A DNA stretch of 46,658 bases from an uncultured bacterium. Lineage in GTDB: Bacteria; Desulfobacterota_D; UBA1144; Nemesobacterales; UBA2774. Within the stretch, counting starts at the first letter, position 1. Every line of letters starts with the position of its first letter. A model generated the notes under the pieces. It searched no databases. It was not told where the DNA came from and saw only the letters and a list, made by a program, of their open reading frames with translations. The DNA lies in contig CAVPJU010000009.1 of NCBI GenBank assembly GCA_963705505.1, forward strand, positions 1 through 46,658, given 5' to 3'. Shown piece after piece: positions 20,386 to 29,793 of the stretch. Made by a program: the position numbers and the translations under genes.

Positions 20386-20874
20386 GTGGGAGAGATATGT
20401 GAATGGGAGAAGGGCGAGGCTGCCGGGGTTGCGCGTAAGGGGAAAAAGAAGCCCGGCGGAGGCGCTTACTCCTCGACCCGGTGGTACAACGAGGTGTTCA
20501 GGGACCTATACGAGAGGGCGGCGGGACAGCCGGCGCTCACCGGAGGGCGCGAGTACAAATCGGCCGAGACCTATTTCGGGAGGCTCCGGGAGCTGAACCC
20601 GGAGATGGAGCCCGGGGAGATTTACGCGCTCGCGGGCGAAGGCGCGGCGTTCATGCTCTGCTCGCAGCTCGAAGGCGGTATCTTCGGGTGGGTCAGCAAG
20701 CCCCCGGACATATGCCTTCTCTCGAGCCAGGCGCAGTCGGTCGACTGGCACCTCCGGAGGATGCGCGCTGCGCTTCGGCAGTCCGACCCCACCCGAACCC
20801 TCCCCCTGGAAAGGGAGGGAAATAATAGTAAGCGGAGAGGGCCCGGAACGGTTGATCGAAGCATCGGGCGCTGA
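20386..20874 (+). CDS. Hypothetical protein
   Basis: Codon usage like neighbours; C-terminus runs through a REP hairpin. Confidence 0.55.
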   Translation: MGEICEWEKGEAAGVARKGKKKPGGGAYSSTRWYNEVFRDLYERAAGQPALTGGREYKSAETYFGRLRELNPEMEPGEIYALAGEGAAFMLCSQLEGGIFGWVSKPPDICLLSSQAQSVDWHLRRMRAALRQSDPTRTLPLEREGNNSKRRGPGTVDRSIGR

Positions 20875-21055
20875 TTCGGACGGGTAGTCCGGGAGGATCG
20901 GATGAGCACGGATACGTGTCTTTCGATCCGTCGGCGGGTTCAGGACGGTTGATCGAAGCATCGGGCGTGATTCGGACGGGGAGGAAGGGGAGAGTCGTTT
21001 ATGAGCACAGATACTGTGCGGTTGAGTTTCATAGAAAGATTGAGGGAGGGACATT

Positions 21056-21964
21056 ATGCAAACGAACAGATCGAAAGAGTTTACGGAGAGCTCAGAGGGA
21101 TCGAGAACGCGTCCCGCGGCAGGGCTTTCCCGGCTGCGGGACGAACCGCCGGGGCGAGCGACTCCGCTCAGGAGAGCGGCGGGCGCCGCGCGCTTCCCGG
21201 CGGAGACAGGATCACGGCAGAAGAGGCTGCTCAGAGAAGCGCTCAGCTTTCTCGAAAAAGAAGGAGCAGATAAAGGCCCGGCAGACCCGGAAGGGACGCT
21301 CAAGGGGCTCTTCGCGCTCTATGAAGGGATCGACCCGTTCGCCGATTACATAAAGCCCGGGGAGAGGGAGTTCTTCCCGGTGCTCAGGGCGGAGAGGACG
21401 CTCGAGAGGTTCCTCGAGGGGTTCAAGTACATCTATTACATCCTGAGGCGCGCCGAGGAGAGGGTCTATCTCGTAAACGCGTTCGATAATTTCTGGGCGA
21501 GGTGCAGGGAATACATGGCCGCGTGCGGGTACTCGGAGAAATGTATATCCGATATATGCGGTACGGATTCTATATTCTACAGGCAGAGCTTCGGCTACTG
21601 GAGGCGCGAGTTCGGGGACTCGGAGGAGGGTTTCGGGCCGATGTACGAGTACTTCCGCGCGTGCTTCGGCATAGAGGGGAACGACGACTACTGCGCGGCA
21701 GGCGGGAGGGACGGGATGACGTACGACTGGCGGCGGATGAAGGCGTGCTGGGAGAGGGAGAATGCGGAGCGGACGCGCGCGGAGACACGGTTCGAGAAGC
21801 CGGTGTGGGAGGAGTGGTCGGAGGAGAACAGGAAGCGCGTGCGGGACATGATCGGCTCGATCAGAAATGAGCGGGAGGCGGAGCGCGTGGAAGGAGACAT
21901 GGGGGCGGACGCGATACTCGCCGAGATCAGGAGGCGGAACAGGGAGAGGGGGTATTTTGTTTGA
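21056..21964 (+). CDS. Hypothetical protein (true start possibly 21001, with a frameshift near 21220)
   Basis: Protein-like sequence from KRLLREALSFLE onward; RBS-preceded ORF at 21001 overlaps its N-terminus. Confidence 0.6.
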   Translation: MQTNRSKEFTESSEGSRTRPAAGLSRLRDEPPGRATPLRRAAGAARFPAETGSRQKRLLREALSFLEKEGADKGPADPEGTLKGLFALYEGIDPFADYIKPGEREFFPVLRAERTLERFLEGFKYIYYILRRAEERVYLVNAFDNFWARCREYMAACGYSEKCISDICGTDSIFYRQSFGYWRREFGDSEEGFGPMYEYFRACFGIEGNDDYCAAGGRDGMTYDWRRMKACWERENAERTRAETRFEKPVWEEWSEENRKRVRDMIGSIRNEREAERVEGDMGADAILAEIRRRNRERGYFV

Positions 21965-22074
21965 TGTAACGCCTGCCAGGAAGTAGATACCTGTTTGACT
22001 TTAGCCTGGGGCGTCCGGTTCCTTACTCGTTCGGAATGAAAAGATATACCCATCTCTCATTGGATAAATTTATA

Positions 22075-22499
22075 TTCCTTCCCCCCTTGAGGGGGAAGGG
22101 CAGGATGGGGGGTAAAAAATGAACAGGGCCGTCGCCAGGGAAATGAGGAAGAACCTCACTGATGCCGAGAGGAAATTGTGGAAGCATCTTCGTCTTAGAG
22201 GTGTTGGAGGACACAAGTTCCGCAGGCAGCAGATTATCGGAAAGTACATTGTTGATTTCGCGTGTATGGAGAAGAAGTTGATAGTCGAGGTGGATGGCGG
22301 ACAACACGGAGAGAATATTGCTTATGATTCTGAACGCACTGCATGGCTCGAATCTCAGGGTTTTCGGGTTCTTAGATTCTGGAACAATGAGGTGCTTGAG
22401 AATGTGGAAATTGTTTCGGATTCGATTTTACGGGTATTGGAAGAAGTTGGGGAATGTCTGTCACCCCCACCTTGATCCTCCCCCCTCAAGGGGGAGGAA
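22075..22499. repeat. Inverted pair of C-rich REP hairpins flanking DUF559
   Basis: 22075-22113 is the approximate reverse complement of 22463-22499 (ACCCCCACC..CCTCCCCCCTCAAGGGGGAGGAA). Confidence 0.85.
22119..22475 (+). CDS. DUF559 (Vsr-like) endonuclease domain protein
   Basis: AREMRKNLTDAERKLW, KFRRQ, YIVDF, EVDGGQH, GFRVLRFWN. Confidence 0.95.
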   Translation: MNRAVAREMRKNLTDAERKLWKHLRLRGVGGHKFRRQQIIGKYIVDFACMEKKLIVEVDGGQHGENIAYDSERTAWLESQGFRVLRFWNNEVLENVEIVSDSILRVLEEVGECLSPPP

Positions 22500-22896
22500 A
22501 TTAAAGGGAATCCGAACTTTTAGAATGGAGAAGGGATTAAACGAATCTAGGTAATAACAAGTGTGGCGGTTATGGAGTATGGAGCTGAGACAGTGAGTTT
22601 GAGTCAAATTGTGCGATATGGAAAAATGGCGGTTAAAAATGAGCTGTACGATATTAAACAGCGCGGGATTTCACGGTGGTGTATATGACACATTTGAGTA
22701 ATTGCAGTAGGTTAGTACCGGGCCGGACTGTACTCCGGGTCTGCCCTCATAGGGCTCGAAAGCGGGCAAAATGGTGCGCAATTTGATGAATTTTAATAAT
22801 TTATAAGGAATTTAGGGGATAATTGCACACTAATAAGGTATACTATTAACTTGGTGTAGTTTCCCCTTTTGAATCGCGGGATCAGGCTCGGAACGA

Positions 22897-23280
22897 ATGA
22901 AGACGATAATCAAGAGAAAACTGGCTGTACACATTAGCGAGAAAAAGACATTCGTGACCGGGAAAACCGCGGAAATTCGCAACGGTGAGGGAAACGGCAG
23001 GAATATGAAAGCACATTATTTCCACGAGCGCCTGGGTATCAGCTTCAGGATCATCGGACTGCTGTTCGAGGACGAGAGGTACGAGATATACCATGCCCGT
23101 AACAAGAAATACGACAGGGACTTGATACTCCACTTCCTGAAAAAGGATGGGAACGGGAAGAGGATGTTCAGCGTCCCGGCCGTAAATTTCGAGCGGCCCG
23201 CGTCGGCCGCGCAGGTGAAACCTCCGAAGGAAGTCAACCTGCCCTGGGATAACAGATCCGATAGGGTCAAGGGACACTAA
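22897..23280 (+). CDS. Hypothetical protein
   Basis: Open frame with plausible codon usage. Confidence 0.55.
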   Translation: MKTIIKRKLAVHISEKKTFVTGKTAEIRNGEGNGRNMKAHYFHERLGISFRIIGLLFEDERYEIYHARNKKYDRDLILHFLKKDGNGKRMFSVPAVNFERPASAAQVKPPKEVNLPWDNRSDRVKGH

Positions 23281-23506
23281 CAGCCGCGGTTCAGGGGACA
23301 AGGTGCGCGCCGCGCGTACCGGACCGACGGCTGAAATTTCATCATAAACGTTTCTGTAGAGTGAGCCGGGGAATGAGGATTCCCACGGTCGGGAGAGCTG
23401 CGTCCGCTGGGGGGGATGCACGATGCACGATTCAGGATCAGCACACACTGCGCGCGTGTAAAGGGATAGTACGGGAGGAGAGTAATTACGGTACAGGAGG
23501 GGCGAA

Positions 23507-24205
23507 ATGGAAGAGGGATTCGAACCCCTACGCTGCCCGATGTGCGGCGGGGAGCTTGTATATTCGGAGGGGCCGCACGACTTATGCTGCGGGAACAATC
23601 CGTACGAGGGGATGAGCGACGAGGAGTGGGAAGCCGCCGCGGCGCTCCGTGAGGGACGCGCGGAGTACGGGGCGGATGAGTCCGGCGGCGGACATAGGCA
23701 TGTTGTAGAAATATCCGCAGGGGAAAGGGATAAGGGAAACCCCTTCGCCGCGCCGGTAAAGGGACACGTCACGAGTGAGGCCGCCGGACATCGCGGTTTG
23801 ACCGGGGGCTACTCCGGTGGCGCGGGCGAGACTCCGGCTTCGAATACGCCGGTAGAATCGCACGCGTGCGTCTTTGCGGTATCGTACACGGAGAGCGGGA
23901 GGTTCGGGACGCTCTGGAGCGTGAGGGTGGTGCACGGCGGGACGAATTACTTTTCGCTCATGCGGCTCATGCAGAAGATAGAGAAGAGGCAGAGGAGCGG
24001 GGAGCCTCTCGCGGCGAACGCGCCCAACCCTCCGAAGAAGAGGGAGAGGTCTCAGGCGGCGAAGCTCGCGTTCAGGTACGGGATAGAGGAGGAGGACATA
24101 TACTCGATCAGGTACAGCAGTGAGACCGTCCCGCGGCTCGCGGTGTTCTACGGCATTTCGGAGAGGGAGATCAGGCAGATAAAACAGGCGGAGGTGGAAG
24201 AGTGA
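23507..24205 (+). CDS. Hypothetical protein: N-terminal Zn-ribbon, C-terminal Mor-like HTH
   Basis: CPMCGG..CC; LAVFYGISEREIRQI; AGGAGG RBS. Confidence 0.6.
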   Translation: MEEGFEPLRCPMCGGELVYSEGPHDLCCGNNPYEGMSDEEWEAAAALREGRAEYGADESGGGHRHVVEISAGERDKGNPFAAPVKGHVTSEAAGHRGLTGGYSGGAGETPASNTPVESHACVFAVSYTESGRFGTLWSVRVVHGGTNYFSLMRLMQKIEKRQRSGEPLAANAPNPPKKRERSQAAKLAFRYGIEEEDIYSIRYSSETVPRLAVFYGISEREIRQIKQAEVEE

Positions 24206-24234
24206 GGGGGGGCCGAGTAGGATTTTTCGTTCTT

Positions 24235-24315
24235 GTCATTTCGAACTTATGTGAGAAATCTGTATTTAAAGAAGTAAAAAGCAAAAAATAGATTTCTCGC
24301 GTTGCTCGAAATGAC
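24235..24315. repeat. GTCAT-type REP doublet (REPIN-like); copies at 28678-28762 and 30322-30406, collapsed copy at 24962-24991
   Basis: GTCATTTCGA..GAGAAATCT-spacer-AGATTTCTC..CGAAATGAC. Confidence 0.85.
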
Positions 24316-24422
24316 GGATAAATTAATGTACCCCCTCACCCTGTTTTTGATTTAATCGGTGTAGTTGAATAATTCTTTAAAAAATCATATAATCTTATCA
24401 ATTTAAGTGAAGGAGGAAGGTT

Positions 24423-24952
24423 ATGATGTATACGATTAAGCCGAGCTTTAATTACTTCCGGAGTATCGCAGCGTTCTTCATTTTTACATTTATTTTTGCC
24501 GGTGTCCTGACTATACAGCCCGGGAGGAGTTATGCCCAGGTGGGTTGTGAAATCGGTATTAGCAAAGTGGCGACGCCTGATGACGGTACCGAATTCCACT
24601 TTGTAGTTACGGGTCCGGCGAGCTCGCCTGAATTCGACCTTGTCAGCGGCGACGGTAAGGGTCTTACATCTCCTGCGGGAAGTTCGGTGGACATAGTCGA
24701 GGATCCGCTGAGCGGATGGGTGCTCGATCATGTGGAATGTGGTACTGAAAATGCAGCAGTTGTAACGAATATCGAGAACGGCGTACGAATTCTCTGTCCT
24801 CCCAACGGCGGCGGCGCAGGATGTACTTTCTTCAATATATTCCAGCCGCAAGTGCCGACTCTCAGCGAGTGGGGGATGATCGCGGCAGCTGTCGGATTAG
24901 GCTGGTCGGCGTGTTCTTCGCGGTAAGGAGGAGAAGGGAAGCGAGGGCTTAG
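24423..24952 (+). pseudogene. IPTL-CTERM protein (Ig/CnaB-like family A), 1-nt deletion in TM tail
   Basis: VPTLSEWGMIAAAVGLG then shift at ~24903; other frame gives VGVFFAVRRRREARA*. Confidence 0.85.
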
Positions 24953-25036
24953 GAAATAGATGTCATTTCGAGCGCTTCGGTTCGAAATGACAGAAAATCA
25001 AAATCATTAGCCGCACGATCAAAAAGGAGGGATGGA

Positions 25037-25570
25037 ATGACCAAAATATTACGTCCGATACTCAGCCTGATACTGGTTCTGACCGCGCTGCCGTTGGTTT
25101 TATTGTTTGCGCCTGAGACGAGCGCAGGCAACGGAATCTGCCATACGGAATTTACCCTTTCGGCTCCGGGGTCAGGTAGCTTCGTATTCCAATTCGATGG
25201 TCAGGATATCCCCGGGAGTCCTTTTTCGTTTGCCATCGCTGACGGCGGAACCGCCGGTCGAAATACACCCCTGGACACGACAACGGTCATAACGGAGGAG
25301 CCTCAGGACGGATACGTGTTTGCCGGGATCGAATGCGTAACGGGAACGGGAGTCCTCATTAATCAGATATCGGGAGGTTTCACCATAGAATGTCTGAACG
25401 TGGAGGACGATCAGGCATCCTGCGTGATAACGAATATACCGGTAGAGAGACCTGTCCCGACGCTGTCTGAGTGGGGGATGATCGCTGCTGCCGGCGGTTT
25501 GATGCTCGTGGGAGTTTTCTTCGCGGTTAAACGACTGCGAGCAAGTAAGCAGTCGGACGCCATTGGCTGA
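25037..25570 (+). CDS. IPTL-CTERM protein, family A
   Basis: Signal peptide, EEPQDGY, CVITN, VPTLSEWG. Confidence 0.9.
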   Translation: MTKILRPILSLILVLTALPLVLLFAPETSAGNGICHTEFTLSAPGSGSFVFQFDGQDIPGSPFSFAIADGGTAGRNTPLDTTTVITEEPQDGYVFAGIECVTGTGVLINQISGGFTIECLNVEDDQASCVITNIPVERPVPTLSEWGMIAAAGGLMLVGVFFAVKRLRASKQSDAIG

Positions 25571-25701
25571 CGGCAGAGAAGTGAATTGTACACTGAACTG
25601 AAGTGACTGAAGCCAAAAAGAGTAGGATGGCGGTTAATTCTTAAAACATAAATACAAAATCCCCCTTAATCCCCCTTTGCAAAGGGGGAAATTGAAAAGG
25701 A

Positions 25702-25791
25702 GAGTGGGGGATGATCGCGGCTGCTGCGGGATTGGGACTTATCGGAGTGTTCGTCACTCTGAAGCGGAAACGGTTACACGCGAGCGCGTAA
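25702..25791 (+). other. Orphan IPTL-CTERM tail 1
   Basis: EWGMIAAAAGLGLIGVFVTLKRKRLHASA*, no passenger domain, directly after a REP hairpin. Confidence 0.85.
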
Positions 25792-25886
25792 CCGGACACC
25801 ATTGGCTGATTGCTGAGCGGGAAGGGGCTTTTTCGCTTGGGAGAAAAAGTCGTAAATATTATGTCATTTCGACCAACGGGAGAAAT

Positions 25887-26186
25887 CTAAAGAATTTCAT
25901 CATTCATAAATTTCCATTCGGGGTTGAGTTTTTCTATCAGCCTGTTCTTTTTTTCTCTTCTCCATTTCTTGATTTCTTTCTCACGACTAATTGCGTCTAT
26001 GACACTTTCGTACACTTCACAGTAAACGAGATTATAACAATAGTATTTTCCTGCGAAGCTGCTTTGATCGTCTCTATTTTCGTAATGTTCTTGAAGTCTT
26101 CTTGCGAGATTATTAGTGACACCAATGTAGAGTGTTGTTTTATTAGAGTTGGTAGTGATATAAACGTAGTAGTTGTATTTAGCCAT
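25887..26186 (-). CDS. GIY-YIG nuclease family protein (YhbQ/UPF0213-like)
   Basis: YYVYI..LYIGVTNNLARR..EH, AISREKEIKKWRREKK..NPEW; inverted GTCAT REPs at 25863-25888 and 26209-26235. Confidence 0.95.
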   Translation of the reverse strand: MAKYNYYVYITTNSNKTTLYIGVTNNLARRLQEHYENRDDQSSFAGKYYCYNLVYCEVYESVIDAISREKEIKKWRREKKNRLIEKLNPEWKFMNDEIL

Positions 26187-26384
26187 CACAAAAATATACA
26201 ACAAGATTAGAATTCTCACATGCGTTCGAAATGACAGGGTGGGGGGTGTTCGTAATGATATTGAAATGACATATCCTTAAAGACGAGTCCCTGAACAGCC
26301 CCCAAAAAAAGTTTTTGTGAATCTCCGGTTAAGGAGTAAAATTTTTCATTCCAAATCCGGGATTCCTCTTGTAAACTTTTTCTT

Positions 26385-26573
26385 ATGAGAAGCGAATCAA
26401 AAGTTACACTCGAAAAAGCAGCGAGGATTCTCGGCACCGATCTCACCACTCTGCTCGACGAGATTTACGAAGTCGGCATCACGGTACAGCACGACAGGGG
26501 CTCGGGCTTCGATTTCATAAGCGAAGCGGATTTCGAGGACCTGAAGCAGAGCATGAGCGTCGACAGGAATTGA
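26385..26573 (+). CDS. Small excisionase/MerR-like wHTH protein, paralog 1
   Basis: VTLEKAARILGTDL..EVGITV..DFISEADFEDLK; fold call is inference. Confidence 0.75.
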   Translation: MRSESKVTLEKAARILGTDLTTLLDEIYEVGITVQHDRGSGFDFISEADFEDLKQSMSVDRN

Positions 26574-26674
26574 ACCGGGCGGACTACATTTGAGCGCTCG
26601 GGGGAGTCTTACGCGGCGCGGGCAAGGGCGCGTTTGAAATTGGCGCGCGGCACGGACGAGAGAGGTGTGCGCGT

Positions 26675-27340
26675 TCAGTGCTCTTCGCCCTTTCCCTTGT
26701 TCACGGGCTTGCCGGGCTCGCAGAAGAATTGGTCCGAGTGGGTTTCCTTCATCGTCGCGAGGTCGAGCGTCATTTTCTCCGCGTAGAGGACTATCGACCC
26801 TTCCTTCTCCCATTTCTCGGCGTCGGGGCACGGGGCTTCCTCCTTCGCTTTCCTTCCCGCCCTGAGCACGCGGCTATAACGGAGCGTCCCGCCCTCTATC
26901 ACGGGGTCCGCGTACCAGTCGAAATAAACGAGGCTCTTCTTTCCCGCGTCGATAATCAGGAGGCGCTTGTTGTCCTCTCCCGGCCACTCGTCCACGAACA
27001 TGTAGTCGCCGTGCATTCCTCTGAACGTGTGGGAGCCGCCGAACTCGCCCGCATTTATGGTGTAATAGGCTGCCCTCGCCGCGAGGGAGCACGGGTCGCT
27101 CACCGGCGCGCGCGGCTTGAAGACGTATATGTCCTGCCCCTCGAAGTAGGGAGACTTGCTCGTATATACAACATATGCGGGATAAACGTAGGCCGTGCCC
27201 TCTCCGCACTGCTTCACCTCAGCGGGGTCCGCTCCGGGGATCCCGTGCTGCCCGCCGGGTCCGGCGGCGAGAGAAAGCGCCGAGGACGCGAGAGTGATGA
27301 GCAGGGCGGCTGCGAGAGCCGTGAAATTGTGTCCGTGCAT
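26675..27340 (-). CDS. Secreted hypothetical protein
   Basis: Signal peptide FTALAAALLITLASSALSLA; Cys pairs. Confidence 0.75.
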   Translation of the reverse strand: MHGHNFTALAAALLITLASSALSLAAGPGGQHGIPGADPAEVKQCGEGTAYVYPAYVVYTSKSPYFEGQDIYVFKPRAPVSDPCSLAARAAYYTINAGEFGGSHTFRGMHGDYMFVDEWPGEDNKRLLIIDAGKKSLVYFDWYADPVIEGGTLRYSRVLRAGRKAKEEAPCPDAEKWEKEGSIVLYAEKMTLDLATMKETHSDQFFCEPGKPVNKGKGEEH

Positions 27341-27507
27341 GGTAAATAGGATACCGGCGAAGTGCGGCTGGGCAAGCGCTTTATGGGGAGGCGGAGGGAG
27401 AGCGCGGCGAATCCTCCGACCTGAGATAATGCGCATTCGGACGATGATTGAATATGTCCGATTAATTTAGTAAAATATGTGCTGCTTAGCTCTAAAGGAG
27501 GAGTGAA

Positions 27508-28029
27508 TTGAGAAGACTGATCGGACCTGCTGTATGTGTGTGTGCTTTATTGATAATGGTATTAGCGGTATTCCCCCGACAGGCGTCGGCGCAAAAAGGT
27601 TGTTCGATCGCGGTTCAAAAAGATGCATTCCCGCCTGTCGATATGAATTTCGATTTTGCCGTGGATTCTAATGTCGATCCGGCATTTGAATTTTCGATAC
27701 CCGCCGGAACACATAGTAATGTGTTTTTCATTCCGGGCGAGATCGACACAATATCCGAGATAGTGCCTGAAGGATGGGAGCTGGTCGACGTCACATGTGA
27801 TACGTCAGATCCCGGTTTTATTGTGACTGTGGATGAGAAAAAGAACGTGATAGCTAACTGTTTGTCCGATGGCTTTTCCTTATGTACTTTTACCGACAGG
27901 GGGCCGGCGAATGTGCCTGCTCTGTCCGAGTGGGGGATGATCGCGGCGGCGGCGGGATTGGGAATGATCGGCGTGTTCTTCGCGGTGAGACGACTGCGAG
28001 CGAGCAAGCAGTCGGACGCCATTGGCTGA
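27508..28029 (+). CDS. IPTL-CTERM protein, family A
   Basis: TTG start with AGGAGG, EIVPEGW, VPALSEWG. Confidence 0.9.
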   Translation: MRRLIGPAVCVCALLIMVLAVFPRQASAQKGCSIAVQKDAFPPVDMNFDFAVDSNVDPAFEFSIPAGTHSNVFFIPGEIDTISEIVPEGWELVDVTCDTSDPGFIVTVDEKKNVIANCLSDGFSLCTFTDRGPANVPALSEWGMIAAAAGLGMIGVFFAVRRLRASKQSDAIG

Positions 28030-28164
28030 TTATGGTCCAAGGTGACGAAAATGCGGCGCCTCGCCCGAACGGCGTATCCGGGCTCAAATTCCTGTGAAAT
28101 AGGGATTGCTACACGGCGCCGGATATAGTAAAATTTGCTTTTAGCAAAGGAGACGGAGGGTAGT

Positions 28165-28668
28165 ATGAAAAAGGACTTCAATTATCTTATAGGTATCATT
28201 ATATTTGCAGCCGTCGTATCAGGCGGTTTTTTTGTATCCGGGGCGCGTGCTACGACATGCGGGATTACCGATATCAAATCTGCGCCCGGCGCCGGCGACA
28301 TGGAGTTCGTGTTCAATTGTGAGAGGAATACCGGGAACTGTGACTTTACACTCAAGGACGGCCAGGTCGGCGGGGACGATATCGAGCAGGGCGATTTTGT
28401 TGTCATACATGAAGAGCCCCAGGACGGGTGGGTATTCGGAGGCATCGAATGTGTGGGCGATCCGGGTATTGTGGTTACACAGCTGGCGGACGGATGGACG
28501 ACTCAATGTGTGGTGCCGGAGAGCATAACGGTTTGCACTATAACGAATATATTTACAACGAGGTCGGTCCCGACGCTGTCTGAGTGGGGGATGATCGCGG
28601 CCGCTGCGGGATTGGGACTGATCGGGGTGTTCTTCGCGGTAAGGAGGAGAAGGGAAGCGAGGGCTTAG
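28165..28668 (+). CDS. IPTL-CTERM protein, family A
   Basis: GGAGG RBS, EEPQDGW, CTITN, VPTLSEWG..RRRREARA. Confidence 0.9.
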   Translation: MKKDFNYLIGIIIFAAVVSGGFFVSGARATTCGITDIKSAPGAGDMEFVFNCERNTGNCDFTLKDGQVGGDDIEQGDFVVIHEEPQDGWVFGGIECVGDPGIVVTQLADGWTTQCVVPESITVCTITNIFTTRSVPTLSEWGMIAAAAGLGLIGVFFAVRRRREARA

Positions 28669-29009
28669 GTAATAGCTGTCATTTCGAGCGCACGCGAGAA
28701 ATCTGTTTTTTAAAACGACAAAAGAATAAAGATGGATTTCTCACGCTTCGGTTCGAAATGACAAAAGATAAAAGATGAGATCCTGAGTCTTGCTCAGGAT
28801 GACAAAAGAATGAAGCCTCTTCCCTCGACGAGGGGGAAGGGGCTTTTTTTGTTTTTTGGGGGGAAGACGGATCGAAGCGATTACCGTTCCGGGGACTATT
28901 ACATTACTTTCTCAATAAAACGTAGTATAATGGTGATTAATATTTTTTCTTAGGTTTTAATCTCTACAGGATTTAGGTAGTGACAAGATTATCCTATAGG
29001 AGGATGGCC

Positions 29010-29763
29010 ATGCGTAAATCCACTCGCTTTTCCCGTTTTACAACCTTATTCTTTGCCGCGATTTCCTTTATTCTTATTACCGGAGTGCGTGCGAACGCGC
29101 AGGCGACGTTCACGAATGACCCGGCGGCGTTCTTTAACAGACATCCCAATTTTCAGCTCCAGCTTTTCGCCCAGGGGAACGTCGCACCCGGAGGAGTGGT
29201 CACGTGTGTCCCGCCTGTGGACGAAAACAGTAACGACTCCTGCTTTTCGCCCGGAGATATACTCCCGGGAATCCAGTTCACCGATCCCCCCGCGCCGAGT
29301 GCACTGGATTCTGGTAGGCGAAAATTTTATGGGCACTAGCGGAAATCCCGATAATGCGCTAGTAACCGCATCAGGGACCGATACGTTCGATATAATTTTC
29401 ACGGGCGGGAACGTGTTCGCGGCGGGTATAGGGCCCGGCTGCTTTCTCGATGGAGGGGGGTTATGCGAGGCGACCCTTACGATCCGGGTGTTCGGTGCGG
29501 GAGATGTCCTGTTAGGCTCGACCGTGGTCGACGCCTCGAGTCACTTCGACGATTTTCTCGGGATCGAATCGAACGAGTTCATTACCAGAATAAATGTTTC
29601 CGGACCTGCCGATGTCTTGCAGGGGATAGACGGTATAGCTTTTGTAGAGAGGGTGGCATCCAATGTGCCGACGCTCAGCGAGTGGGGGATGATTTCAGCC
29701 GCCGCCGGATTGGGATTGATCGGCGTGTTCTTTGCCTTGCGCAGAAGGATGGCGAAGGCTTAA
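29010..29763 (+). pseudogene. IPTL-CTERM protein, family B, +1 frameshift at ~29306
   Basis: QFTDPPAPSAL|ILVGENF aligns with VFTDDPVGSELFLAG of the 39114 paralog once one G is removed. Confidence 0.85.
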
Positions 29764-29793
29764 TAACGAAAATAATAAATCCAGGAGGATGAT

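Larger units (their letters stand above)
16748..24205. mobile_element. Cryptic prophage/satellite-like early module (no integrase or structural genes seen)
   Basis: CI, divergent Ner/Cro-like gene, replication HTH, Mor-like HTH, unknown genes. Confidence 0.55.

Noticed and set aside
22480..22890. tRNA, ncRNA or att site at the edge of the phage-like module
   Set aside because: No cloverleaf and no matching direct repeat found at the other end; only weak palindromes
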